In this document: in pieces, positions 42,339 to 51,308 of the stretch
Layout: every line of letters begins with the position of its first letter
How positions within the stretch are numbered: position 1 is the stretch's first letter
Assembly: GCA_034190465.1 (NCBI GenBank)
Contig: JAXINV010000004.1
Coordinates: 6,802-70,801, forward strand
DNA length: 64,000 bases
DNA from: Candidatus Asbonarchaeum danakilense
Lineage (GTDB): Archaea; Nanohalarchaeota; Nanosalinia; Nanosalinales; Nanoanaerosalinaceae
Direction: 5' to 3'
Program-made: the position numbers and the translations under genes
Notes under the pieces: model-generated
Databases searched by the model: none
Seen by the model: the letters and a program-made list of their open reading frames with translations, nothing else
What the model was told of the DNA's origin: nothing

Positions 42339-43321
42339 CCGTCCAGGCCCTCGTTGTAGATCTTCTTGATGACGGTCTCGATGTCCGGCTCCTTGAGGTG
42401 GAAGTCGTTGACCTCGTACCGCTCCAGCACCGCCTGCATCAACCGGGAGGCGGACAGGACCTCGCGGTCGAACGTGATTTCGATACCGTCGTCCGTGTCC
42501 TCGATCTCCTGGATGCCGTCGAGTTCGAGGTCGATCCCGCGCTCACCGCCGATCTCAAGCAGCAGCCGGCGGGAGGAGAACCTGTCCACCAGGTCATCGA
42601 GCTGGCCGTCGTAGATCTTGTTGCCCGCGTCCAGCACGACGATGCGGTCGCAGAGGTCCTCGATGTCGTCGATGTCGTGGGTGGTCAGCATGACCGCGGT
42701 GTCCTCCTCGCGGTTCATCTTCTTGATGAACTCCCTGATCCGCTCCTTGACCGCCACGTCCAGCCCGATCGTCGGCTCGTCCAGGTAGACGATCGGTGGG
42801 TGGTGGAGGAACGCTGCAGCGAGCTCGCACCGCATCCGCTGGCCGAGGGAGAGTTTCCGGACCGGCTTGTCCATGAACTCGTCGAGCTGGAGCACGTCGT
42901 CGAACTCCGCCATCCGCTCCTCGTAGTCGTCGTCATCGACCTGGTAGATCTCCTTCAGCAGCCGGAACGACTCCTTGACCGGCAGATCCCACCAGAGCTG
43001 GGTCTTCTGCCCGAACACGACCCCGATGTTCATCGCGTTCCGCTTCCGGTTCTCGTGCGGGTCTAGGCCGGCGACCTCGATGCGGCCGCTGGTCGGCTCC
43101 AGGATGCCGGTCAGCATCTTGACCGTGGTCGACTTGCCGGCGCCGTTCGGCCCGAGGTAGCCGATCATCTCGCCTTCCTCGATCTCCAGGTCCAGGTCCT
43201 TGACGGCGTGGACCTCCTCGTAGTCGCGGGAGATGAACGATTTCAGGTAGCCGCGGATGCCGTCGCCTTGCTGGTAGATCCTGAACGTCTTGTTGATATC
43301 GTGTGCCTCGATCAGTGCCAT
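42335..43321 (-). CDS. ABC transporter ATP-binding protein
   Basis: Carries Walker A (GPNGAGKST), the signature LSLGQRMR and Walker B (IVYLDEPTIGLD). Confidence 0.9.
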   Translation of the reverse strand: MALIEAHDINKTFRIYQQGDGIRGYLKSFISRDYEEVHAVKDLDLEIEEGEMIGYLGPNGAGKSTTVKMLTGILEPTSGRIEVAGLDPHENRKRNAMNIGVVFGQKTQLWWDLPVKESFRLLKEIYQVDDDDYEERMAEFDDVLQLDEFMDKPVRKLSLGQRMRCELAAAFLHHPPIVYLDEPTIGLDVAVKERIREFIKKMNREEDTAVMLTTHDIDDIEDLCDRIVVLDAGNKIYDGQLDDLVDRFSSRRLLLEIGGERGIDLELDGIQEIEDTDDGIEITFDREVLSASRLMQAVLERYEVNDFHLKEPDIETVIKKIYNEGLDG

Positions 43322-43372
43322 GGAGAGAACACCGGTCTACGGAGTGATTGCGCCGGCAGAATTTTAAAACCG

Positions 43373-44107
43373 TCAGCCCAGGTACTCCTGCCTGAACGTG
43401 TCGATGAACTCGCCGAGCGCGTACCACCGCTCCGCCTGCCACGCGTACGCCGGCTCGTCCTCCGCCTCGGCCCGGTCGGCCAGGTCGTGGCTCAGCTCGT
43501 CCAGGTCGTCGCAGACCTTCGCCAGCCCCCGGTCCAGCTCGTAGTTCCCGTCGTCGATGAAGAACCGTTCCTTGTCGCCTTTTTCGTAGTCCTCCGGCGG
43601 GGCGTCCGTCCTCGCGTCGCCGTCCTCGTCCAGGAACTTCTTCTTGGCGGTCTCGTTGCCTTGCCTGTGGTAGATGCCGGGGTCGGCGTGGACGAGGTAC
43701 CGCTCGTCGTCCTGCTCGTAGATGACCGTGTGGACGGTGTACGCCTCCAGGTCGTCGTCGATCCTTTCCAGCTCGGACGGTGTGCAGTACTCGTCGTCCT
43801 GGAGCGGGAGCTCGGTGAAGCTGAGGTTGTAGACCGTGCCGCCGCCGTCGAGCTCGAGGTCGTCGTGTTCGTCGTCGAGCAGGCCGTCGTCGAGCCATCC
43901 CTCGCTGAGCTTGGCGCCGTGCCTGATGCCGTCGGTCGCGTCCAGCTCCTCCGGCATGTCGACGTCGAGCTGGTCCAGGTCGTACAGCAGCTCGTCCCTG
44001 GCTGCGAAGATCTCGGTACCGGGCTGCCAGGGCTCCTGGTTGAGAACCTGTGAGCGCGTGGCGGGGGGTGAGGCAGTGCCGGTGTCTGTCGTCCCCCCGG
44101 TCATCAC
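43373..44107 (-). CDS. Highly acidic hypothetical protein (244 aa)
   Basis: Long ORF, D/E-rich. No motif recognised. Confidence 0.55.
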   Translation of the reverse strand: MMTGGTTDTGTASPPATRSQVLNQEPWQPGTEIFAARDELLYDLDQLDVDMPEELDATDGIRHGAKLSEGWLDDGLLDDEHDDLELDGGGTVYNLSFTELPLQDDEYCTPSELERIDDDLEAYTVHTVIYEQDDERYLVHADPGIYHRQGNETAKKKFLDEDGDARTDAPPEDYEKGDKERFFIDDGNYELDRGLAKVCDDLDELSHDLADRAEAEDEPAYAWQAERWYALGEFIDTFRQEYLG

Positions 44108-44160
44108 TACAGTATGCGGCGGCGCGACCTTTAAATCCTACTATCACGGAGTGACAGCGG

Positions 44161-45270
44161 TCAGCCTGTGCGCTTGAACCCGGGCAGCACGATGCGGCGG
44201 AAGTTGATGAAGACGACGACGATGATCGGCATCAGGAAGATGCCGACGAAGCCGAAGACCAGCGGGCCGACGAGATAGGCGATGAACAGTGCGCCTTGAC
44301 TTGTCGTGCGCCCGGAGATCAGTGGACGGAGGAAGAGATCTGGCAGCGTGTCCACGATCAGGAACGCGACGGCGAGGAACAGCAGGGAGAACCCGTAGCC
44401 GGCAGCCATTCCTGATGTGAACGACTTGAACAGGAGGATAAGCGTTATCGGAACGTAGACGATCTTCGAACCGACCATCGGGACGAAACTGGCGACACCG
44501 GTCAAAAGACCCAGCAAAATCGGGGCCGGGACCGCAAGCTCGGCGCCTGAGAAGGTGTTGAGGGCCGTGTACGCCACCGCACCGAGGATGGAGGTGACGA
44601 CGGCGAGGAGCATGTTGCCGTAGAACACTTCTGCCAGATCACCGTCCAACTCATCAAGGAACTGTTCCAGCAGGCCTGTCCTGTCGTCAAAGAGTGCAAC
44701 CGCCTCCTTGCGGGCCCCCCTACCCCAGCCATACATGAAGAACGCTGCGGTGAACGAGAGGAGGACGGTGAACAGGAAACCGACCATGGTGTTGGTTATG
44801 TTGGAGAGCGCACTCCAGGACCCGGTGAGGACGTCACGGAAGCTTTGCGAGGCGAGGAAATCCTGGACCGACGTGTACTGAGAGAGCTGAGCGGTCTGAA
44901 TGCCAAGTTCCTGGATAAGCGGGCGGAGCTGGCTCAGGCCTCCCTGGTTGGCCAGGATGATTGCCTGATTGACGGCCGTGACGACGATCAGCAGTGTGAT
45001 GACGAGGACCGGCAGTCCGATGGCCAGGAGGGCAGTAGTGGCAGCGGCCCGGTTCGGCACACCGTAGTGCCTGAGATGTCTGTGGATCGGCCGTGTGCCG
45101 TAATAGAGGAAGATCCCGAAGATGAGCGGAGCGAGAACCCGGAGCGCCGTGACGGCAAAGACCGTCAACAGGGCCACACCCAGCATGATCCAGCCCGCCG
45201 AGGAACGGAATCCATCACGAAGCGACCCGGGATCGGCCCCCACGTCGGCGCTGTCGGTGTCGTCTGCCAT
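44161..45270 (-). CDS. AI-2E family transporter (PerM-like)
   Basis: 369 aa with about 8 TM helices and family-typical spacing. A TATA-like CTTTATAG lies about 28 nt upstream. Confidence 0.7.
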   Translation of the reverse strand: MADDTDSADVGADPGSLRDGFRSSAGWIMLGVALLTVFAVTALRVLAPLIFGIFLYYGTRPIHRHLRHYGVPNRAAATTALLAIGLPVLVITLLIVVTAVNQAIILANQGGLSQLRPLIQELGIQTAQLSQYTSVQDFLASQSFRDVLTGSWSALSNITNTMVGFLFTVLLSFTAAFFMYGWGRGARKEAVALFDDRTGLLEQFLDELDGDLAEVFYGNMLLAVVTSILGAVAYTALNTFSGAELAVPAPILLGLLTGVASFVPMVGSKIVYVPITLILLFKSFTSGMAAGYGFSLLFLAVAFLIVDTLPDLFLRPLISGRTTSQGALFIAYLVGPLVFGFVGIFLMPIIVVVFINFRRIVLPGFKRTG

Positions 45271-45419
45271 GGTTCTTCCTTCCGGCCGCCTCAGCTATAA
45301 AGCTTGACGTGAAACCGCTGCCGATCCCTGCGGACAGAACCCCTGCACCTACCGATGGGACAGCTTCTGTGCAGGCAGGGCGGTATTTTTTATTCCACGG
45401 ACCCCTGTTAGTATACTGT

Positions 45420-45674
45420 ATGAATCTCGATAACGAACTCCACCACCTGATCAAGGTCGTCTCCCACCGACTGGGAGGTTTCATCGGCGTCATCTTGGGG
45501 ATTCTACTCGTCGTAGCAGCCGGTACAGATCTCTCCACAGGGGCGATGCTGAAAGGAGGTCTCGAAGGCCTGTTCGGCGTCTTCCTTCTGGGCGGTGGCT
45601 GGTGGGCGCTCCGGCGCGGCCAGGAGCACCGAGAAGCGCGTGACAAGGCGAAAAGCGAGGAAGACGAGAACTGA
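45420..45674 (+). CDS. Small membrane protein (84 aa)
   Basis: The ATG at 45420 lies about 31 nt after a TATTTTTTATT box. Two TM helices are followed by a basic/acidic tail. Confidence 0.5.
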   Translation: MNLDNELHHLIKVVSHRLGGFIGVILGILLVVAAGTDLSTGAMLKGGLEGLFGVFLLGGGWWALRRGQEHREARDKAKSEEDEN

Positions 45675-45679
45675 GCGGG

Positions 45680-46613
45680 TCAATCCACTGGACCGGTCCC
45701 AGGGAACCGTGTGATCGCTATCGTCTGTGAGGCGACCTCGACATCGTCGGCCGCTTCGAATTCTTCCAGGATACGCTCACTCACAGCGTTGTGCGTCTCC
45801 CGTCGCTTCCGAGCATCCGTAATGTACCGTGCATGCACGTTGACCCAGTTGTCGGTCAGCTCCGTGTAGAGACGGGACCTGGTCTCACGCCGCGACATGA
45901 AGTACTTCTTCCGGATTTCACCGATCTCCTCCGACGCGTGCTCCGCCATCCCGGCCGTCTCCTCCTCGATCACGGTCTGGACGATGTCCTGTGCCCGGTC
46001 GATGTCGCTCTCGTACGTCACGGGGATCGTGAGTTCGTCCCAGACGAAGCTGTTCTCCTTCGTGTAGTTTGTCACCTGTCGGCCGATCACAGCGCCGTTC
46101 GGGATGGAGACAATCCTGCCGGTCGCCTGGTCGCCGGACACCCAGCCACCGATCTCCATGACCTGGGTGTACATGATCCCGACATCGATGACGTCGCCCT
46201 GCGTGCCGTCAACCTCGATCCGGTCGCCGATCTGGTACGTCCCAGAGACCAGGAGCGTCAACCCGCCGACGAAGTTCTTGAAGAAGTCCTGCAGCGACAC
46301 CGGCGCCGACGATGCTGTAGGCGACGAGCAGGGTCTGCGGGTCGGCGATCCAGATGCGGCCGACACCGACCAGGAACGCGGCGATGTACAGCACGGAGTT
46401 CGCCTTCCGGAAGACGTACCGGGTCTTCGACTGCTCGATCCGCTGGACGAACACCTCCTCGACGACCAGCTTGAAGAAGCCGTACAGCACGGCGAGCGAG
46501 GCGAACGTCAGCACGAGCTGGCGGGCATACGGGATGTCGTAGCTCCAGCCGAGGACGTGGACGCCCGCGGCGACACCCGCCAGCACCGCCGTGTAGGTCA
46601 GCCGCCGCAGCAT
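45680..46613 (-). pseudogene. MscS-family mechanosensitive channel, disrupted by a frameshift near 46300
   Basis: ORF 46209..46613 encodes the N-terminal TM region and ends ...LLVAYSIVGAGV. ORF 45680..46366, in another frame, continues SLQDFFKNFVGGLTLLVSGTYQIGDRIEVDGTQGDVIDV..., which is the MscS TM3/beta-domain signature. Confidence 0.75.
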
Positions 46614-46655
46614 GGTCGGAGGTTGGGCGGGCCCGGCCTTAAATGTTCCCCGGCC

Positions 46656-47264
46656 TCACGCCGCCCGTGCCAGCACCCAGATGTGGTGTTCGCCGGCGTC
46701 GTCCCGCTTCTCCTCGTACCGGTCCTCGATCTCGAAGCCGGCGTCCCGGAGCAGGCGCTCCGTCTTGTCCTGGCTCCACGCGCTCCAGACCATGTCGCCG
46801 CCGAGGAACTCGGCACGGTGCTCGTCCAGCGGCTCGGGCGATATCGTGAGCAGGATGTGGCCACCGGGCCGAAGCCAGTCGTGCATCCGCCGGAACAGGT
46901 CGGCGTGCTCCTCGCGCGGGATGTGGAAGACGGCGTAGAAGCTCACGACGGCGTCGAAGTCGTCCTCGTAGTCGAGCCGGGAGAAGTCGGCGTTGATGAA
47001 CTCGGCGTCCGGCACGTTGTCCCTGGCGTGCTCCAGGTTCTCCTCCACGATGTCGACACCGGTCACGCTGCAGCCCTGCTCGTCCAGCCACCGGTCGAAC
47101 GGCAGTCCTGTGCCGCAGCCGATGTCCAGGACGTCGGGACTGTCTTCCAGCCGGTCCAGCAGCTTGCCCAGCATCTCGTCCTCGTACGGCCGGAGCTCGC
47201 GGTCGCCGCCCATCTCCCCCGGCCAGTCACCGTCCTCGTAGCCCTTCCTGACCTCGTCGCGCAT
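46656..47264 (-). CDS. Class I SAM-dependent methyltransferase
   Basis: VLDIGCGTG is motif I. Other typical segments are ...FDAVVSFYAVFHI... and LRPGGHILL. Confidence 0.8.
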   Translation of the reverse strand: MRDEVRKGYEDGDWPGEMGGDRELRPYEDEMLGKLLDRLEDSPDVLDIGCGTGLPFDRWLDEQGCSVTGVDIVEENLEHARDNVPDAEFINADFSRLDYEDDFDAVVSFYAVFHIPREEHADLFRRMHDWLRPGGHILLTISPEPLDEHRAEFLGGDMVWSAWSQDKTERLLRDAGFEIEDRYEEKRDDAGEHHIWVLARAA

Positions 47265-47323
47265 ACCGCAGGACTGGGCGCCGGCACGTTAAATATCCGG
47301 TGCAGCAGAAAAAACCAGTTGAA

Positions 47324-47346
47324 CGTCGGGGCCAGGATTTGAACTC
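47324..47346 (-). repeat. Partial copy of the tRNA-Ser 3' end (T-arm 3' half plus acceptor 3' strand)
   Basis: cgtcggggccAggatttgaacTcg compared with cgtcggggccGggatttgaacCcg at 47400-47423 gives 22 of 24 identical. There is no matching 5' half, and the T-stem would not pair. Confidence 0.7.
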
Positions 47347-47399
47347 GAAGCTCGCAGCATGGAGCTTCTTGGTTCATAATCCCGGGAGAATCAACAAAG

Positions 47400-47486
47400 C
47401 GTCGGGGCCGGGATTTGAACCCGGGTGGGCATGAACGCCCAGTGGCTTAGCAAGCCACCGCAATGGCCAAGCTATGCGACCCCGAC
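47400..47486 (-). tRNA. tRNA-Ser (anticodon GCU)
   Basis: Manual cloverleaf: 7-bp acceptor GTCGGGG/CCCCGAC, 3-bp D stem, anticodon stem GTGGC/GCCAC with loop TTGCTAA, long variable arm GGGCG-TTCA-TGCCC, T arm CCGGG-TTCAAAT-CCCGG, discriminator G. No CCA is encoded. Confidence 0.9.
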
Positions 47487-47586
47487 ACACGGCGAGACAG
47501 CCGCTGTGGTTCCTGTACATGGTTCAGGCTTTTAACTTGTTCGGTACATACCAAGCTTTTTTGCCGGGACCCGACCACTGTACGGC

Positions 47587-48561
47587 ATGCGCTACGCCGT
47601 TCTCGTCGTGCTGGTCACGGCCGTCTTCGCAGGCTGTCTCAGCCCGTTGACAGGCGAAACATCGTTCAGCAGCGTCGAGAAGAGCTATAGCGTTGAACAC
47701 ATCGTCGAGGTCGGCGGCGAGCTCGCTGTCCTGGGGCAGGCGAACGGCACGACGTTCATCAAGTACAGCGGGGAACGGTACGGGAGCGACGTCTACGTCG
47801 CAAACCCGGGCGTCTTCGAGGTCGGCGGCAGGCTTGCCTACGTCTTCTCCGAGCCCGGGACGGCGAACGATTCACTCTGGTACGACGGGACGGTCCACGG
47901 CGGTCGGTTCAACGAGGTCTGGAGCCCTGTCCTCGTCGACGGCAAGCTGGTGTTCCAGGCACAGGTCGGGACCGGACAGGAACAGGTGATCGTCCGGGGC
48001 GGCAAAATCATCGACGACAGGTACAGCGTCTCAACTTCTCCTGCAGCTGTCGATGGGCGGCTCGCCTACGAGGCATTCGAAGACGGTAACGAATACATCG
48101 TCCACGGTGACCGGGTCTACGGCCCCTACGACCGGGTCAACAGCCCCGAAGAAGTTGCCGGCGAACTCGGCTACTGGTACCGCAACGGGAGCGGGTACGT
48201 CTACAGGCTGGGCAACAGGCAGTTGAAGACCGAACAACGGCTCGTCCGTGTGCTCACGATCGACGGTAAAGTCACCGCCGTGACGGCCAACGGCACGGAT
48301 GTCAGCATCCGCGTCGGAGACAGGACGTACGGCCAGGACACCGGACTGATCTATCCCTCCTCAGTAATCGGTGTCGGCAGCGTCCCGGCCTACCTGGCTG
48401 AGGTCAACGGCACCGACAGGGTCGTCCTCGGCAACGCTGTCGTCGACGGCAACTACACAGTCACTCCCGACGCTGTCGGCGACCATATCGCTGCAATCGG
48501 CGGGAGACTGGTGTTCGCCGCACAGGAAGGTCGTGACTGGCACGTGTACAGGCAGCAATAA
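47587..48561 (+). CDS. Lipoprotein with repeated beta-propeller-like units (324 aa)
   Basis: Lipobox VFAGC. Contains recurring DG[KR]L[AV][FY]xA... units (GGRLAYVFSE, DGKLVFQAQ, DGRLAYEAF, GGRLVFAAQ). Confidence 0.65.
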   Translation: MRYAVLVVLVTAVFAGCLSPLTGETSFSSVEKSYSVEHIVEVGGELAVLGQANGTTFIKYSGERYGSDVYVANPGVFEVGGRLAYVFSEPGTANDSLWYDGTVHGGRFNEVWSPVLVDGKLVFQAQVGTGQEQVIVRGGKIIDDRYSVSTSPAAVDGRLAYEAFEDGNEYIVHGDRVYGPYDRVNSPEEVAGELGYWYRNGSGYVYRLGNRQLKTEQRLVRVLTIDGKVTAVTANGTDVSIRVGDRTYGQDTGLIYPSSVIGVGSVPAYLAEVNGTDRVVLGNAVVDGNYTVTPDAVGDHIAAIGGRLVFAAQEGRDWHVYRQQ

Positions 48562-48606
48562 CCCGCCACCCCAACGCTTATAAGTAACTACTAAAAAGTA
48601 ACAACT

Positions 48607-49287
48607 ATGTCTCTGGGCGATGCATCCTACGAGGACCTGCAGCAGACCACGATAAGCGACCTGTACGAGACGTACAGGGAGGCCGAAGCTGCCGGGAACG
48701 GTCTCGAGGCCGCCAGCGAGATCGAACGATACCTCCAGGACGGCTTCGAGACCGTCCGGGAGACGCTCCGCGACTACGGCATCGAGCTGGAGGACACACC
48801 CGACATCCGGTACAACCCCGACCACCAGGGCGCAACCTACAGTCCACAGCGCGACCATACCGGGCCGCTGGACGTCGGTCGGCCTGTCGAGGATCCTGTC
48901 AAGGAGCACACCCTGCTCAACGCGCTCGTCGAGGAGGCAGTCCACACGTACCACAACCAGGTCGCAGGCGATTACTTCGACGAGCTGGAGCTGGGCGAGA
49001 AGATCGGCCCGGTCTACAACGACAACTGCGTCGTCAGGGTCGGCTACGACGAGGCACTGGCAGCACCGATCGTCCACGACGTCGCCGAGACCGACGAACC
49101 GCTTGACGACCACATGGAGCGGCTCGCACAGCACTACCAGGAAGCCGGCCAGCAGGTCGGCGAGAACTTCGTCGAGACGGCCTCGTTCATCCTCCAGCGG
49201 CTCGACGAGGACCCTGATCCCGCGTCCATCGAGGACGGGCTCGGCTTCAGGGACGAGATGCTGCAGTCCGGAGACGCCCCGTTCTGA
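48607..49287 (+). CDS. Acidic hypothetical protein (226 aa)
   Basis: A CTTATAAGTAAC box is centred about 26 nt upstream of the ATG, consistent with a leaderless transcript. No motif recognised. Confidence 0.55.
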   Translation: MSLGDASYEDLQQTTISDLYETYREAEAAGNGLEAASEIERYLQDGFETVRETLRDYGIELEDTPDIRYNPDHQGATYSPQRDHTGPLDVGRPVEDPVKEHTLLNALVEEAVHTYHNQVAGDYFDELELGEKIGPVYNDNCVVRVGYDEALAAPIVHDVAETDEPLDDHMERLAQHYQEAGQQVGENFVETASFILQRLDEDPDPASIEDGLGFRDEMLQSGDAPF

Positions 49288-49371
49288 GCCGTCCGGAGAA
49301 GCCGGGCAGGCGCCGGCCGTCCCCGCCAATTTATTTAAACGTGGTAGGGTAAGTTTGCCCCGTGATACAGC

Positions 49372-49695
49372 ATGGCCTCATCAAACGTTCTTGACATGAA
49401 CGACATGGTCGGTAAGGACGTATTCACCTCAAAAGGAGCATACTGCGGCAAAGCACGGGACATCGAGATCAATCTTCCCAAGTTCAAGGTCCGTGCAGTC
49501 ATCGTCGACGCTGCCAAGGGATCCTACCTCGCTCAGAAGGTCGGCGGCAAGAAAGGTGTCATCGTCCCATACAGCATGGTCAACGCCGTCTCAGACGTCA
49601 TCATCATCAAGCACTTCTCAGGCGAAGTCGACGCCGGCACCGAAGAGGTAGAGGAGCAGTACGACAAGGAGTCCGTCGAAGAAGCGCAGCTCTGA
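49372..49695 (+). CDS. PRC-barrel domain protein
   Basis: MVGKDVFTSKGAYCGKARDIEINLPKFKVRAVIV...GVIVPYSMVNAVSDVIII is a PRC-barrel pattern. Confidence 0.7.
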   Translation: MASSNVLDMNDMVGKDVFTSKGAYCGKARDIEINLPKFKVRAVIVDAAKGSYLAQKVGGKKGVIVPYSMVNAVSDVIIIKHFSGEVDAGTEEVEEQYDKESVEEAQL

Positions 49696-49727
49696 CGTGA
49701 GGACTCCTTCCCTTATTCTTCCTTCAG

Positions 49728-50756
49728 CTAGCGCTCATAGATCCGTTTCTGCGTCGTCAACCGCTCAAAGCCGTCCTCCCGCACTACGACCTGGTCCTCA
49801 ATCCGGACACCGCCGACTTCAGGCACGTACAGCCCGGGCTCGACCGTGACGACCACCCCTTCCTCCAGCGTCGCATCGGATGACGGCACCAGCGCCGGCG
49901 GCTCGTGTACCGACAGCCCGACACCGTGGCCCAGACTGTGCAGGTAGTGCTTATCCACCGAGTAACCCTGCTCATCGACCAGATCCTCCGCGAACCCTGC
50001 CAGCGCCGAGACCTGCCGCCCCGCCTCCACGCGGTCCAGCAACCGCCGCTGAATATCGCCGAGCGCCTCCACGAGCTCCATTCGGTCGCCATCCAGCTCG
50101 TTCGGCACCATCCGCGTCATGTCGGAACAGTATCCCTTGAAGCGGCAGCCCATATCGACGAGCAGCGTTTCCCCCTCCTCAATGTCAGCATCGCGGGGCA
50201 GGCGGTGCGGTTCCAGGGTCGACGCATGGGCCAGCGTCTCGAACGCGTTGAAAAGCGACCGCCTGCGGAAGCCTGCATCGACCTGCTCCACGATATCCCA
50301 CTCCGTCACCTCCGGCTCGAACCAGTCAAGCAGCTCGTCGAACACCTGCGACGTCGTATCGGAGGCGCGGCGCATCCGCTCGACCTCAGCCGGCTGCTTC
50401 ACCTTCCTGCATTCCTGCACGATGCCCGACCGCTCCAGGTCCAGCTCGGAGAACCGGTCCGGATCGTCGGCATGGCAGCCGTCCTCCAGCGGGCCGTCCG
50501 CGACCAGATCCTGCAGCTCCTCCCTGTCGCGGTAGATCGAAACGTTGCTGATCGATTCCAGCGAGTACCGGAAGAACTTCGAGGCGTACAGCCGCCAGTC
50601 ATCCTGCGTCACGACGACGATACCCGAGAAGCCGTCAGTGCCCGGCGGGTGGATGTCGAACAGGTACTCGACGTTCATGTCCTCCGTCACCGCCAGGACC
50701 TCGACGTCCTCCTCCCGCATCCGGGCCCTGACCCGTTCCAGCATCGCGTCGCGCAT
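49728..50756 (-). CDS. M24 family Xaa-Pro peptidase
   Basis: Shows the pita-bread-fold metal ligand context in LVDMGCRFKGYCSDMTR...HSLGHGVGLSVHEPP...VVTVEPGLY...GVRIED. Confidence 0.85.
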   Translation of the reverse strand: MRDAMLERVRARMREEDVEVLAVTEDMNVEYLFDIHPPGTDGFSGIVVVTQDDWRLYASKFFRYSLESISNVSIYRDREELQDLVADGPLEDGCHADDPDRFSELDLERSGIVQECRKVKQPAEVERMRRASDTTSQVFDELLDWFEPEVTEWDIVEQVDAGFRRRSLFNAFETLAHASTLEPHRLPRDADIEEGETLLVDMGCRFKGYCSDMTRMVPNELDGDRMELVEALGDIQRRLLDRVEAGRQVSALAGFAEDLVDEQGYSVDKHYLHSLGHGVGLSVHEPPALVPSSDATLEEGVVVTVEPGLYVPEVGGVRIEDQVVVREDGFERLTTQKRIYER

Positions 50757-50834
50757 ACGGTAGACTTCCCGCGCGGCTATATCAAACTGGCGTCACCGCC
50801 AAGCTATTAATACGATCACTGGGAAGCATGGCAC

Positions 50835-51305
50835 ATGACACTGGTAGGGTTCGGCATGGCCGTGCTGCGGGAAACGTGGCAGGTCTCGCGGACAGCCGCA
50901 AAGTTCATGATCCTCGGCCTGCTGCTGTACGCCGCCTATCAGAAGCGGCCCGGTATCCGGGACCTGTTCCGCACGGCCGAATATGGGCTGGGCGACGTCC
51001 TCATGGCCCGGAAGGGGCACGTCGTCTACGGTCTGCTCGGCGGTGGGCTGGTCGCGTTCCTCGCCGGCAGCGCCGACGCGATGTTCCTCGGCCTGACGGT
51101 CGCGTTCGCCGTCTTCATCCACGGCTTCGCCGGCATCATCCGGGAGCCGCTGGAGCCGAACCCGCAGGCATCGCTCAAACAGCCGATCGCATGGCTGTAC
51201 TTGGCGACCGCCGTTACCGGGTTCGCCGCAGCAGTCCTCAACACCCAGCTGCTCAACGCACTGGCGGTCGTCTTCCTGCTCGCCATCATCTTCTGGAGGC
51301 TGTGA
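50835..51305 (+). CDS. Membrane protein (156 aa)
   Basis: Four hydrophobic helices. It lies directly upstream of thrC. Confidence 0.5.
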   Translation: MTLVGFGMAVLRETWQVSRTAAKFMILGLLLYAAYQKRPGIRDLFRTAEYGLGDVLMARKGHVVYGLLGGGLVAFLAGSADAMFLGLTVAFAVFIHGFAGIIREPLEPNPQASLKQPIAWLYLATAVTGFAAAVLNTQLLNALAVVFLLAIIFWRL

Positions 51306-51308
51306 ACC

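Noticed and set aside
42933-44147. 404-aa minus-strand ORF overlapping the ABC ATPase and the acidic 244-aa gene in another frame
   Set aside because: The sequence is extremely R/P/G-rich (RRRxRR runs). It is an alternative frame of real genes.
46104-47342. 412-aa plus-strand ORF across the MscS and methyltransferase genes
   Set aside because: It is antisense to two genes with clear family motifs and has an R/P/V/H-rich composition.
47324-47400. A second complete, intron-containing or split tRNA next to tRNA-Ser
   Set aside because: Only the last ~24 nt resemble a tRNA. The would-be T-stem 5' strand (TCGAG) does not pair with CCTGG, and no GTCGGGG 5' acceptor strand or anticodon arm is present.
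48361-49329. 322-aa minus-strand ORF antisense to 48607-49287
   Set aside because: It has a V/D/G/R-rich antisense composition. The plus-strand ORF has a promoter box at the leaderless distance.
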